Positions 9,774 to 20,546 of a stretch of 47,057 nt of DNA are shown piece by piece (positions within the stretch are counted from its first letter, which is position 1; each line of letters starts with the position of its first letter). The position numbers were made by a program, and so were the translations under genes. The notes below the pieces were generated by a model that saw only the letters and a list, made by a program, of their open reading frames with translations, was not told the origin of the DNA and searched no databases. Source of the DNA: Coleofasciculus sp. B1-GNL1-01 (GTDB lineage: Bacteria > Cyanobacteriota > Cyanobacteriia > Cyanobacteriales > Coleofasciculaceae); the NCBI GenBank assembly GCA_040220235.1, contig JAVJTO010000099.1. One strand, 5' to 3'.

Positions 9774-12700
9774 TAATAATCATCCTCCTCATCCAACATA
9801 ATCGTATCTTCATGAAACACGCCAGTCTCTTGTTCCGCACCTGCTTCTAACTGTTCCTCTTCAGTTTCCGACTCGGAGAATTCCCACTCATCCACTTGGG
9901 CTGTCTCCCCAGCATACTGCTCTGTATCCGACACAGACGGGTGTTGTCTCATTTCGTCTAATTGCTGTGTATCGCCACTATACTGCTCTGTATCAGACGG
10001 GTGGTGTCCCATTTCGTCTAATTGCTGCGTATCGCCACTATACTGCTCTGTATCCGACACCGGGGCTTCAGTTACCCACTCATCCACTTGGGCTGTCTCC
10101 CCAGCATACTGCTCCGTTTCCGACACTGTAGCTTGGGCATTTAACTGCTCACGGTCAAACTGTTCAGTTTCACCATCATAGCGATCGCTCCCTTGCGAGT
10201 AAATTGTTGGTAACATGAGTTCCCCTTCGGCACTCTCAATGAAAATCATCGGATCATCTTCAAACAAATGCTCCTCTTCGATGGTTTTTACGAAGGGAGA
10301 GACAACCAAAGATTGGTAATAGGACTGAAACTCGTCCCAGGAAAAGAACGCTCCACTTTTAACCGCAAACTGTTTATTTGGTTCATCTAACTGGGCATCG
10401 ACTAAACAAGCATTGGTTAAATTCGCTGACTTTAAATTAGCACCCCGCAGATCCGCTCCCAATAAATTCGCCCCTTCTAACTGCGCCCCTTTGAGATCCG
10501 CATCCGCTAAATTTGCTCCGACTAAACTTGCCCAGGCTAAATTTGCCTGTTGTAGATTAGCTGCTGCCAAATTAATCCCACTTAACTCAGCCATTGATAA
10601 ATCGGCATGGACAAGATTCGCCTCTGCCAGCATTACCCGATTTAAACAAGCTTGGGGTAAATGAATCTGAGCCAAACTTCGTCTCGCCCGTTGCCAAAAT
10701 GTTGTAGGAGATAGGGCAACGGTACGACCCATAAAACTTAACAATTGATCAGCATCAAATTCCTGGGGAATCTCTGGATTGCCACAGGGCCAGAAGGGGA
10801 GATTGGCTTCTCCGGCGGCTGAACAGAGGACTAAAAAGACATTTAATCCCACGGTGGCATCAATTTGTAACGTATTCAAGGGATTGTTCAAATCCCGCAA
10901 CTGTTCGTGAACCCGATGAGCCACCCCTTCATCAAACCACCGTCCGCGACAGTAGGCGCGATAAAAGCGATAGAGTCGTTGAAATAATACTGGGAAGGAA
11001 AAGGCGTCCGCATTGCGCTGTTGCTCCCGTCGTAGTCTCTCAATTACCAATTCTTCTATTTGAGGAGACAATAAACCATACCCCAACAACTGATAAAGAT
11101 GTTCAGCCACATGGGAAGAGGAGTCAATCCCAAACGAGACTTCCCCATACTGGTTGGGCAGCTTTTGCGTTAATGCCTTTAGTTGCAGGGCAATTTCTTC
11201 GGCGGCTAAATAGTCGCCTAAACTGGGGTGAGAAAACTCAATGGAGAGGGGGGCTGATGCCGCCTTCTGGGACGCATAGACTTGGCGCAGTGAGGACTTC
11301 ACCCAGTCTCCGGCTTTGTCTCTGGGCTGGGTGCGGAAAAAGAACGTGGGTAGGGGTTGGGTAAAAGACTCCGTTGTTTCTTGATTCTGGAACCGATTCT
11401 GGATTACCGTTTGTGTCACTTGATTCTGACCCGTCTGCAAAATCGTCAGGGCTGTCCCCTGCATTTGACGGCGTAACTTTTGCGGGGAACGTCCTTCCAA
11501 GAGATTGGCGATCGCTTCTAGGGAACGCCCTGCATGGGAAAAGCCTTCGCGAATTAACTCCAAGGGCGGTCCACTCCCACTCGTCGGTTCCCCCAGCAAC
11601 CAGCGACAAATCCGGTCATAGATTTCAAACTTCACCTCAGCCGGACTCATTTTAAAGATGCGATCGTCAATTAAGGCATCTCGATGTAAAATTCCCACCA
11701 AATATAGCATTAATGGACGAGTCAGCAGCGCCACTAAATCAGGATTCGGAGATTGCGGCTGAAATATACCACCGTGTTTTAAGAAATTAAAATACGACTG
11801 GGCAATTGATTTGGATTGCAGTTTCGCCCACTGGAGAAACCACTTGCGGAATTCCTCCTTCGCCATCGGTTCAATGGCGATGCGCTGGAGTCGGCTTTGC
11901 AGCGGCGGTAAACTACTATGGCGATATTTACGCGCCAACACGCCATCCAAGGTAACCGGGCGACTGGTGAGAATAATTTTGTGGCGAGGCGAATTTGACC
12001 CGTTTTTCTGGGTATGGAATCGCATCACCTGATCCATAAATGTCCACAAGTGGCGCTCCGTCTGGGGAGAACGGGGCAATTCATTCAAACCATCTAAAAT
12101 CAGCAAACAAGGAGGAGAACTGCGAGAGAACCACCCGTCTGTATCTGTGAACCGTCCCACCGGGAAGGCTGTCTCCAAGGTTTGCTCCAAGGTTTGACCT
12201 AACGTAACATCCCGCAGGCGAATAATCACAGGCATCCACTGAGGATACAGCTCTTGCGCTACCCGTGCCGCTAACATCTGACAGAAACTGGTCTTACCAC
12301 AGCCACCATCGGCTTCAATCACCGCAATACTGTTTTTATCATTCAGTTGAGCCATCACCCATGCCATTAAATCCGTCGGTGGCGAGGAAGCAGCAGCGAG
12401 ATAGGCAGGGTCAAGATCGTTTTTGCGGCGTCGTTCCCGGTTTTCTTGTCCCAGGGTGGTAGGGAGGCGTCTGCCATTCAAGGACACGTAGATTTCCTTG
12501 AGGGAAAAGGGTTCCGCAAATAAGGGTTCGCTTAAAGACCGGGAAAGTTCCGCCCGATAATATTCTCGATCCAAATCCAGGGTCAATTGGGGCGTGGAAA
12601 ACTCTTCCTCCTCATCCTCTTCTGGAGGGGTGTTGAGGGTGTTACTTAAATGACCTAAGCGGACAAACTTTTGCAGTTGCGCCAAGGGTAGCGCATTTTC

Positions 12701-13327
12701 GGCAATCACCTTGAGTAAATGACCCGCCAGTCCATTACTCAACCGTTGGGTTAATAACTTCGCTTCCGTTTCCTCCGCCCCATTTGCCACAAACCAAGCG
12801 ATCGCTAAATTATTCATCTGCTGCACCAGAAAGGAATTTGCCACAGATGACAGGGCTTGTTCGGCTTGGGAATCACTGAGACGTCCGGGGCGCAGGGTTT
12901 TCAGCAGGGCAATTAATTGGGGATCAACCAGAGGTTCATTAATATTCGGTGACGCCGGGACTTGGGCGCGGTTCACCCAGGGTCTTCGCAGTTGAGCTTC
13001 TTGCTCTAAAATTCCTTGTAATGCGTTCAGATACGCCACCTGAAAACTCAGCCAGGTGCCTTCACTCCGGCGTAAGGGCTTCTTGCGACTCAAAATCCGC
13101 AGCAACCCTACCGTTAACTGAGACAAAATCGGCGCGACTTGCCAAGCGACAGTTAACGGTAACTCCAACACTTCGGTCAAGACACTAATCGCAAAGGGAT
13201 TCAGACTCTTAACCTCCATGTCTTGGGCAATGCGAAACGCAATGCCCGCCAACTGAGCGTTATCCTGTCCCAGTTGGGCAAGTTCAATGTGGCGTTCTGC
13301 TAGCCAATGGCGAATGCTCAGCCTCAT
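9773..13327 (-). CDS. NACHT/STAND NTPase with pentapeptide repeats and an acidic repetitive C-terminal tail
   Basis: Walker A ADGGCGKT, Walker B LLILDGLNE, ILTSRP, FSHPSLGDYLAAE, ANLxx repeats. Confidence 0.88.
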   Translation of the reverse strand: MRLSIRHWLAERHIELAQLGQDNAQLAGIAFRIAQDMEVKSLNPFAISVLTEVLELPLTVAWQVAPILSQLTVGLLRILSRKKPLRRSEGTWLSFQVAYLNALQGILEQEAQLRRPWVNRAQVPASPNINEPLVDPQLIALLKTLRPGRLSDSQAEQALSSVANSFLVQQMNNLAIAWFVANGAEETEAKLLTQRLSNGLAGHLLKVIAENALPLAQLQKFVRLGHLSNTLNTPPEEDEEEEFSTPQLTLDLDREYYRAELSRSLSEPLFAEPFSLKEIYVSLNGRRLPTTLGQENRERRRKNDLDPAYLAAASSPPTDLMAWVMAQLNDKNSIAVIEADGGCGKTSFCQMLAARVAQELYPQWMPVIIRLRDVTLGQTLEQTLETAFPVGRFTDTDGWFSRSSPPCLLILDGLNELPRSPQTERHLWTFMDQVMRFHTQKNGSNSPRHKIILTSRPVTLDGVLARKYRHSSLPPLQSRLQRIAIEPMAKEEFRKWFLQWAKLQSKSIAQSYFNFLKHGGIFQPQSPNPDLVALLTRPLMLYLVGILHRDALIDDRIFKMSPAEVKFEIYDRICRWLLGEPTSGSGPPLELIREGFSHAGRSLEAIANLLEGRSPQKLRRQMQGTALTILQTGQNQVTQTVIQNRFQNQETTESFTQPLPTFFFRTQPRDKAGDWVKSSLRQVYASQKAASAPLSIEFSHPSLGDYLAAEEIALQLKALTQKLPNQYGEVSFGIDSSSHVAEHLYQLLGYGLLSPQIEELVIERLRREQQRNADAFSFPVLFQRLYRFYRAYCRGRWFDEGVAHRVHEQLRDLNNPLNTLQIDATVGLNVFLVLCSAAGEANLPFWPCGNPEIPQEFDADQLLSFMGRTVALSPTTFWQRARRSLAQIHLPQACLNRVMLAEANLVHADLSMAELSGINLAAANLQQANLAWASLVGANLADADLKGAQLEGANLLGADLRGANLKSANLTNACLVDAQLDEPNKQFAVKSGAFFSWDEFQSYYQSLVVSPFVKTIEEEHLFEDDPMIFIESAEGELMLPTIYSQGSDRYDGETEQFDREQLNAQATVSETEQYAGETAQVDEWVTEAPVSDTEQYSGDTQQLDEMGHHPSDTEQYSGDTQQLDEMRQHPSVSDTEQYAGETAQVDEWEFSESETEEEQLEAGAEQETGVFHEDTIMLDEEDDY

Positions 13328-13471
13328 GCCACCCTAACTACTCCAAAACGATTCCTCATCTTATTGTGGACTCTATTGAACGGATTGCGAATCACCCAAA
13401 TTTACGGTTGATTGGGAATACAATGATGGACAATAAACGGTGAACAATGAATTATCAGTTGTTTTCTATCT

Positions 13472-15292
13472 GTGTCCAAACGAGACTTGCCCCGATTTCA
13501 TCTCCATACTTCCCTGCCTACTCGCCAACCTCGGGGACATAAGTTAGTCATCCGACTGGCAAGAGGCTCTAAGGCATCGAGTTTAGCAGAAACGGGACAC
13601 TTAAATGCCAAAGTTGTCAGAGACAGGCGCTCAAACCCAGACCGCCAACGCCGCCAACGGGAGTTGTGGCGATGGTCATTGCTGTGGTTGATGATCGTGT
13701 CCCTTGTCGGCAGCATGGTTGTTGGTGGTACATTATTACTCACCCGATTGCCACCTCCGGCAAATTGCCAACGCATTTCTCCTTTATCCCCGGATAGCGA
13801 ACGATTATACTGCGCTCAACTGGCTGCCCAATCCGGAGAATTTGAGCAACTGCTAAAAGCGATCGCGATCGTGCAATATTGGTCGCCCAACCATTCCCTT
13901 TATCCCCAGGCACAGCAACTGCTGCAGGAATGGTCTCAAATGGTACTGCAACTTGCCCGGGAAACCCTGAATCAGGGAAACTATACCGATGCCCTGAAAA
14001 TGGCGATGCAAATCCCTGTAAGTAGTCCCCTATATCCCGAAGCTCAAGCCCAAATCGCCACCTGGAAACAGGACCGAATCCAGGCTCAGGCAATTGTCAG
14101 TCAGGTTCAAGATGCCCTGAAAGTACAAAACTGGCAACAGGCGGCTAAACTAATCAGCCAACTGTCACGCCTGAATGACCAATACTGGAGTGTATCCCGC
14201 TATGATACCCTGACCCAACAGTTGGCGGCAGAAAAACAGGCGTGGACACAACTGCAAGAGGCACGAGATTTAGCCAAATCGAATCAACTGACCAAGATCG
14301 AACAAGCGATCGCGTTAGCAGCCAAGGTTGATCCTAACAGCTATATTAAAGCTCAAGCCCAGACTGATCTGTCGAATTGGAGTCGCACGTTACTCCAAAT
14401 TGCTGCCACTCGCTTTCAAAATCAAGAGTATCAGGGGGTGATTGAGGTTGCCCAAGGAATTCCGATTAACACCTCCCTGTATCAAGAAGCTCAAGATTGG
14501 TTACGCTTAGGGCAAGCTGGAAAACTGGTGCAACAAAACACGATTCTCGCCTTCATTGACGCCTTAACCGCCGTTCGCCAACTCGATGCCAACAGTCCAG
14601 TGCAACAGTCAGCCGCCGCCCAAGCCATTCAGTGGGAGGCTCAACTCCAAGATCGCCTCCAGTTACGCCTTGCCCAAATGACTGCCAGCTTTGAACAACG
14701 CCCCCTGCTACAGATGGCAATCGAACAAGCTGCCCTAATTACACCCGATCGCCCCCAGCGTATCCAAGCACAGACCAACATAGCCCAGTGGCGCAAACAA
14801 ATTCAACATATCGACGATCGCAATACCCTCAGAACTGCCCAACAGCTAGCCGTCGGGGGAACCATTGATCAATTAAACGCCGCCGTCACCCAAGCCCGTA
14901 AAATTGAGCCAGGTCAACCTTTACGCCCCGAAGCCCAAACTGCGATCGCCCAATGGAATCGCCAAATCGAAACCCTAGAAGATCAACCCATCCTCGATTT
15001 AGCCCGCGCCTTCGCCCAACGTCGAGATTTAATCGCCGCCATTTCCACCGCCAATCAAATTCGTCCCGGTCGAATGCTGTATGCTGAAGCTCAAAGCGCG
15101 ATCGCCCAATGGGTTGCCCAAATCCAAACCGCCCAAGATCGTCCCATCCTCGAAGCCGCCGCCGCCCTAGCCGCCCAAGGACGATTTGACGCCGCGATCG
15201 CCACCGCCGCCCAGATTCCCCCAGAACGGGCGCTTTACCAACAAGCCCAAGCTGCGATTAATCTGTGGAAATCCCAACAGAATGGAGGGTAG
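13472..15292 (+). CDS. Conserved cyanobacterial membrane-anchored helical-repeat (TPR-like) protein
   Basis: TM helix, PPPANC...RLYCAQ, repeated IPxxxxLYxEAQxxIxxW units. Confidence 0.8.
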   Translation: MSKRDLPRFHLHTSLPTRQPRGHKLVIRLARGSKASSLAETGHLNAKVVRDRRSNPDRQRRQRELWRWSLLWLMIVSLVGSMVVGGTLLLTRLPPPANCQRISPLSPDSERLYCAQLAAQSGEFEQLLKAIAIVQYWSPNHSLYPQAQQLLQEWSQMVLQLARETLNQGNYTDALKMAMQIPVSSPLYPEAQAQIATWKQDRIQAQAIVSQVQDALKVQNWQQAAKLISQLSRLNDQYWSVSRYDTLTQQLAAEKQAWTQLQEARDLAKSNQLTKIEQAIALAAKVDPNSYIKAQAQTDLSNWSRTLLQIAATRFQNQEYQGVIEVAQGIPINTSLYQEAQDWLRLGQAGKLVQQNTILAFIDALTAVRQLDANSPVQQSAAAQAIQWEAQLQDRLQLRLAQMTASFEQRPLLQMAIEQAALITPDRPQRIQAQTNIAQWRKQIQHIDDRNTLRTAQQLAVGGTIDQLNAAVTQARKIEPGQPLRPEAQTAIAQWNRQIETLEDQPILDLARAFAQRRDLIAAISTANQIRPGRMLYAEAQSAIAQWVAQIQTAQDRPILEAAAALAAQGRFDAAIATAAQIPPERALYQQAQAAINLWKSQQNGG

Positions 15293-15317
15293 AAGAGGGG
15301 GGAGCTGGGGAAGCAAT

Positions 15318-15482
15318 GTAGAGACGTGCCATGGCACGTCTGGAAGCAGAGGAAGATGAGGGAGAAGAATTTGCAATCAATAAATGACAAATAACGAATG
15401 ACAAATGACAAATGACAAATGACAAATGACAAATGACAAATAACAAATGACAAATGACGAATAACGAATGACCAATGACAAA
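15318..15482. repeat. GTAG palindrome (GTAGAGACGTGCCATGGCACGTCT) plus ATGACAA 7-mer array
   Basis: Visible palindrome and tandem repeats. Confidence 0.88.
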
Positions 15483-17223
15483 TCAATCCACTCAAATCCT
15501 ACTTATTGACGATGACCCAATTTTCCGATTAGGTTTAGTCACTGCCTTAGAAGCCTTTGCTGATTTAGATATCGTGGCTGAGGTTGATACAGCAACGGCA
15601 GCCCTGGAACGCCTAACCACCTTACTCTCCCAAGAACAGGTTAATTTAATTATCTTAGACTTGGCACTAGGGCGATCGCTCGGCAGTCCTCTAACCGGAC
15701 TATCCTTGTGCCAGCAACTTAAGATAGATTATCCAAACCTACCCATCTTATTGCTAACCGCTCCATCTGAACCTAGCCAACTCACCGCCGCCAAGCGCTT
15801 AGGAGTAGAAGGCTACTGTGCTAAAGGATGTGCCATCAACTTAATTGTGGAAGCCATTCGACAAGTCAAAGCGGGTGAATCCTATTGGCAGATGTTACCT
15901 ACCCCTGCCAATTCATTACCTCCTCCTCGTTGGCATACTCAATTACGCCAGTCAGGATTACAACAAATTGAAGCCGCGTTAAAACAGGTAACAGCACAAC
16001 TTCAACAAGGAAATTTATCCCGCCTAGATTGGCTATTTTGGACGGGACGCCGCCGAGAGTTATTGACAGCCCGTTGGCTGGTAAATCAGCTATTACCGAC
16101 AGATTCCGGACTGGTTCCCTCTAATAATAGTAATAGCCCTGCTGAACTTCAACCGCGTTTAAATCCTTCATCATCTCGTCCTCCTGTTCCCCAAAATCGT
16201 CTGCGCCCATCCCCCACCAGTGCCTTATCCAAAACCTCCTCTGAGGCGTTGCAGTTTCAACCGTCTACACCCCAGGCGATGACATTGACCAAACTCGATT
16301 CGAGTTTGGCAAATCTGACGAATACTCCCTTGGAAATCGATATTCTGCAAGTGGAGAGACGCCGGGAATTACTGCGTACCGTCCTCTACAAGTTCGAGGA
16401 GATGCTGGATGCTTTGCGCTTTTCTCAGGTGACGATGGAGCAATTGACCCAGAAGCGATCGCGCTTATTACATGATTTATGGCAGGTTTCTCTCACCGAC
16501 TTTTTTGGTCAATACTCCACCTTAGTCATCGGCAATCAAACTATCGAAATGGTTGACATTTTGCGGCAAGATCGGGATATAGTGCAAACGGCTATTTTGG
16601 ATAAAATACCTTTGGTGATTGAGTTATTAGGGAATCGCCTCTTTGAAGCACCCTTGATGATTGATAATGTATCCTATCCTGCCCATACACCCGAAGCCCT
16701 GGCGCGAGCCGAATTATTGTTGCAGAATGTAATTATTCAAGTGGCTAATGGGGTAATTCAACCCTTGTTAAATGAGTTTTCTGATATTGAAATTATTAAA
16801 CATAATTTTTATGATAAACGGTTAATGTCCTCACGGGAAATTACCCGATTTAGAAATAATTTATCCTGGAAATATCGGCGTAACCAATATATCGATGAAC
16901 CCAAAGCCATTTTTGAAAGTCGCTATAATTTATTTGTTTTGAGCGAAATTGGCATCAAAAAAGTCGCCATTTATTCGCCTCGACGCCAAGAATTAGAACA
17001 ACTACAGGGTACTCAGCTAGCCGTCACCATCGCCTATGAATTTCGGGACGCGATCGCGCCACGTTTACGGGGGACAGTCGGCTGGGTTGGTAAAGGCGTA
17101 GTTTATGTTTTAACGCAAGTCTTAGGACGAGGAATTGGTTTAATTCTACGGGGCGTTATTCAAGGCGTAGGTAGTGCATGGCAAGATACATGGTTTGGCA
17201 AAAATGGAGAACGGGGGAAGTAA
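15475..17223 (+). CDS. Response-regulator receiver + DUF3685 (Ycf55-like) protein
   Basis: LLIDDD receiver domain, RFRNNLSW, EPKAIFES, GRGIGLILRGVIQG. Confidence 0.88.
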   Translation: MTNQSTQILLIDDDPIFRLGLVTALEAFADLDIVAEVDTATAALERLTTLLSQEQVNLIILDLALGRSLGSPLTGLSLCQQLKIDYPNLPILLLTAPSEPSQLTAAKRLGVEGYCAKGCAINLIVEAIRQVKAGESYWQMLPTPANSLPPPRWHTQLRQSGLQQIEAALKQVTAQLQQGNLSRLDWLFWTGRRRELLTARWLVNQLLPTDSGLVPSNNSNSPAELQPRLNPSSSRPPVPQNRLRPSPTSALSKTSSEALQFQPSTPQAMTLTKLDSSLANLTNTPLEIDILQVERRRELLRTVLYKFEEMLDALRFSQVTMEQLTQKRSRLLHDLWQVSLTDFFGQYSTLVIGNQTIEMVDILRQDRDIVQTAILDKIPLVIELLGNRLFEAPLMIDNVSYPAHTPEALARAELLLQNVIIQVANGVIQPLLNEFSDIEIIKHNFYDKRLMSSREITRFRNNLSWKYRRNQYIDEPKAIFESRYNLFVLSEIGIKKVAIYSPRRQELEQLQGTQLAVTIAYEFRDAIAPRLRGTVGWVGKGVVYVLTQVLGRGIGLILRGVIQGVGSAWQDTWFGKNGERGK

Positions 17224-17229
17224 TAATTA

Positions 17230-17258
17230 GGGGCTGCTGAATAAGTTTTGTGGTGAGC
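17230..17258. repeat. Orphan end of the GGG..TGCTGAATAAGT MITE family
   Basis: GGGGCTGCTGAATAAGTTTTGTGGTG closely matches the reverse complement of 24347-24372. Confidence 0.7.
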
Positions 17259-17342
17259 CGAGGATGGGGTAAGGGGGTAATAAGAAGACTCAGAAAAACA
17301 TTATGGTTAGTAATGGCAAAACACCTTATACCAAGCACCATT

Positions 17343-17408
17343 GTAGAGACGCGCCATGGCGCGTCTCTACATAAATGATGTGTCCTAACCGCTATGGCGG
17401 TTGCTATA
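17343..17408. repeat. Composite repeat: GTAG palindrome + TGTGTCCTAACC...GGCGGTTGCTATA end
   Basis: Nearly identical copy at 21907-21972 and an inverted relative at 37213-37268. Confidence 0.85.
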
Positions 17409-17580
17409 TTTGATGAATTAGAATGGGAGACCTGAAACCGTAGGGGCGCAAAGACTTGCGCCCGATTCAATGGTCAAATCTAATCCACAATTTTAGCTGT
17501 GTCAATCCAGCAGTGGCGTGGCACATTTTATTTGGTGGATTAGATTCGGCTTCTAGTAGAGAACCTTAGCCCTAAATTCC

Positions 17581-17610
17581 GTTGGGTTTCCTGTCGTCAA
17601 CCCAACCTAC
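17581..17610. repeat. GTAG-type palindrome GTTGGGTTTC...AACCCAACCTAC
   Basis: Hairpin; related copy at 34547-34575. Confidence 0.75.
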
Positions 17611-17659
17611 AACCTATCCCACCATTTTAGCTGTGTCAGTCCAGTAGAACAAAATCTAA

Positions 17660-18067
17660 TCAGAAATCGTACTTGTTTTCTTGCCTAAAGAATCTAACCA
17701 ACCAGGATAGAAATCGGCAATCTTGACTACCATGTTGTTCATACCAAATTGTACCATCAGGCATAATTGCCCCACTCCAATCGGCTTCCTTCAGATTAGC
17801 GGCACTCACCTCTGCACCACTCAAATTGGCTCCCTGTAAATCAGCCTGTTCCAAATTCGCCCAATTTAAATCCGAATTACTCAAGTTAGCACATCTCAAC
17901 TTAACTTGACTAAGATTAGCCCAATTCAGAATTACCCCACTCAAATTTGCCCCACTTAAATTCGCTCCTGTCAAATCTGCCCAACTGAGAATTTCTTCAC
18001 TTAAATTGACACCTTGAAAATCCCGCTGTCCGGCTGCATACCGTTGTAGCAATTCCTCCGCCGTCAT
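17660..18067 (-). CDS. Pentapeptide-repeat protein (MTAEELLQRYAAGQRDF type)
   Basis: Typical cyanobacterial N-cap and ANLxx repeats. Start placed at the ATG at 18067. Confidence 0.88.
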   Translation of the reverse strand: MTAEELLQRYAAGQRDFQGVNLSEEILSWADLTGANLSGANLSGVILNWANLSQVKLRCANLSNSDLNWANLEQADLQGANLSGAEVSAANLKEADWSGAIMPDGTIWYEQHGSQDCRFLSWLVRFFRQENKYDF

Positions 18068-18367
18068 TTTTATCGATCTATGTGGGCTAAATCGATAGCT
18101 ATAGACATGATGGACACAAGGCTCTATGGGTTCTCTGCCAACACAGAAATAAGCAAGCTGCATACTGTTATATCCCCGATAAATTAACGTTGCAATTTTC
18201 GGTCATTTCGGGGAAAAAGTAATTGAACTAAATCTTAATAAAGGGTGAACGTGATCGCAGTTAAAGCTATACTGAAATCGGTGTTAAGCGTGACTGGAAA
18301 ATCGAAGACACCTGACGCAAGGCAATGCTAATGAGTGACAAACGTCACAAGGGGAAGATGGGGAAGC

Positions 18368-18417
18368 AAATGACGAATGACGAATGACGAATGACGAATG
18401 ACGAATGACAAATGACG
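18368..18417. repeat. ATGACGA 7-mer array
   Basis: Visible tandem repeat. Confidence 0.9.
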
Positions 18418-18464
18418 ATCCTCCCCGTTAACTTTAAATTTCTCCACCTATTCGCTATAAACAA

Positions 18465-18493
18465 CCTACGCTTAACCACTAGGGGAGCGTAGG
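18465..18493 (-). terminator. Possible terminator hairpin downstream of the 18638-19027 gene
   Basis: CCTACGCT/AGCGTAGG stem followed on the minus strand by TTGTTT. Confidence 0.4.
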
Positions 18494-18637
18494 CTTCCGG
18501 CTTTATTCGTGATAGTTAAGGTATAAGATGCGCCTGGATTCAGACTCCCCTGAAATGGCTAAATTTGCCCCGATAAAGGCATGATGGTTTGGGCTTGCCC
18601 TGATAGTGGAGGCTGATGAATGGGCAACTCCTTAGGC

Positions 18638-19027
18638 TTAGGCTAAGGTTTCTGGGCAGTATCCTAGTCCCATGGTAAACTGTTGGCGAAACGCTTCAAT
18701 ATCAGTCTTGTCAGGGTGACCATGAGATACCACAGCGACTTGGTAGCGACGCATGACATCGATGGGAGATTGTCCGGTATCGAGGCTCCAAAACGCCATT
18801 TGCAAGCGCATGTCGGGTTGGAACGGAATTCCCAATTCGCGCATGAAGGCTTGGAAATCTCCATGTTGCTGAGGCGTGAGGGGATGGTTCATTTTAACTT
18901 TAATGACCCAGCCATCAATTTGATGAATCACTGTTGTATATTGAACGGGAAGCTGGATCATGGAGTGGAGGTACTCAACCACTCGCAGTGTCAAACTCGC
19001 ATTGGCTAAAAAATAAAGGTAATCCAT
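18638..19027 (-). CDS. Conserved cyanobacterial hypothetical protein (MDYLYFLANASLTLRVVEYL)
   Basis: Clean ORF with protein-like composition, C-terminal LGYCPETLA. Confidence 0.8.
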   Translation of the reverse strand: MDYLYFLANASLTLRVVEYLHSMIQLPVQYTTVIHQIDGWVIKVKMNHPLTPQQHGDFQAFMRELGIPFQPDMRLQMAFWSLDTGQSPIDVMRRYQVAVVSHGHPDKTDIEAFRQQFTMGLGYCPETLA

Positions 19028-19296
19028 AGGGCAGCTAGAGGTGGAGTCAAGGAAGTGCTATACCTTCATTCTGACAACGGGGATCAGGAATTGGTAGGGG
19101 AAAAGCCCCCGCTCTTAACTGGGGGATCATACCCAATTCCGTTGTTTTAGGTCTTGACCTTGTGTCTTTGGGGATTAGTACCCGATGGCACAAGGCAAGT
19201 CGCGGTATAGAGTAGAGCTAAAACCCTGATCCGTTCCCTCCCTACCCAATTTGTCAAAAATTGCTCATAAGCTGTACTTGATCCGAAGAACCACCC

Positions 19297-20442
19297 ATGA
19301 CAAATGACCTATTGCTTTCCAGCTATAACTATGATCTGCCAGAGGGTCGGATTGCTCAAACACCCATTTCCCCTAGAGATAGTTCTCGTTTGCTCGTGGT
19401 TGAGTCTCCAACTCAACACCAACACTGCATTTTCCGAGATTTACCTAAGTGGTTGCGTTCCGGCGACCTGTTGGTTTTGAATAATACCCGTGTGATCCCG
19501 GCTCGACTCTATGGTCGCAAGGTAACGGGTACGCCTGTGGAAGTGTTATTGCTGGAGGAACGGGGACAAAACTGCTGGTTGGCATTGGTGAAACCGGGAC
19601 GACGGCTAAAAGTGGGTTCAACGATAGTCTTTGAACCTGATCAACCTATTGTTCCGGCAAGTCATGGGAAGACTCCCCTATCTTCAGACGATACAGAAAC
19701 ACCAAGACAGGATAATCTAAAAAATAGATCTCCCCTGAAGGCAACAATTATCGCCAGAGATGATGCAACCAGTGGGCGTCTATTGCAGTTTGACCTACCC
19801 AAGGGGCAGTCCCTAGTCACCCTGTTACCTAACTATGGTCAAGTGCCTTTTCCGCCTTACATCACCCACTCTCAAGCCACACCCGATCAGTATCAAACGG
19901 TATACGCCCAAATCCCTGGTGCAGTAGCCGCACCGACAGCCGGATTACATTTCACCCCTGAACTCTTGGAACAGTGTCACATAAGCGGAATTGAGCAGGC
20001 GTCGATTACCTTGCATGTTGGTGTTGGTACGTTTCGCCCAGTGGAGGTAGAAGATGTAACGAATCATCAAATGCATGGGGAGTGGTTAGAGATATCCGCC
20101 GCAACGGTGGCAAAAATTCAGCAAACCAAAGCCGCCGGGGGGCGGGTGATTGCCGTTGGCACAACTGTGGTGAGGGCGTTAGAAGGGGCGGCGGCGAACG
20201 GGGAATTCCAGCCCTATTGTGGTAAAACCGAATTATTTATCTATCCCGGCTATCAGTGGCAGGTGGTTGATGGGTTGATTACCAACTTTCACTTGCCCCG
20301 TTCCACGTTGTTGATGCTAGTGAGTGCATTGATTGGCAGAGAACGACTGTTGAAGTTGTATGCTGAAGCGATCGCGTATAATTATCGATTTTACTCCTTT
20401 GGTGATGCCATGCTGATTTTGCCAGAAGCGGTTAGCGCTTAA
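19297..20442 (+). CDS. queA: S-adenosylmethionine:tRNA ribosyltransferase-isomerase
   Basis: RIAQTP...[52 protein letters not shown]. Confidence 0.97.
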   Translation: MTNDLLLSSYNYDLPEGRIAQTPISPRDSSRLLVVESPTQHQHCIFRDLPKWLRSGDLLVLNNTRVIPARLYGRKVTGTPVEVLLLEERGQNCWLALVKPGRRLKVGSTIVFEPDQPIVPASHGKTPLSSDDTETPRQDNLKNRSPLKATIIARDDATSGRLLQFDLPKGQSLVTLLPNYGQVPFPPYITHSQATPDQYQTVYAQIPGAVAAPTAGLHFTPELLEQCHISGIEQASITLHVGVGTFRPVEVEDVTNHQMHGEWLEISAATVAKIQQTKAAGGRVIAVGTTVVRALEGAAANGEFQPYCGKTELFIYPGYQWQVVDGLITNFHLPRSTLLMLVSALIGRERLLKLYAEAIAYNYRFYSFGDAMLILPEAVSA

Positions 20443-20546
20443 AGGGCGAACCAATCGGGGAGTGAAATTGGCATTATTAAGATAGGACGCTATAAACTCT
20501 TTCCCCCGCCCACATTCCTTATTTAATTTCCCAATCGTCTTCTACC

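Noticed and set aside
18290..18340. Possible c-di-GMP-I riboswitch (GGAAAA...GACGCAAGGC)
   Set aside because: The required P1/P2 pairing and GNRA tetraloop/receptor could not be built.
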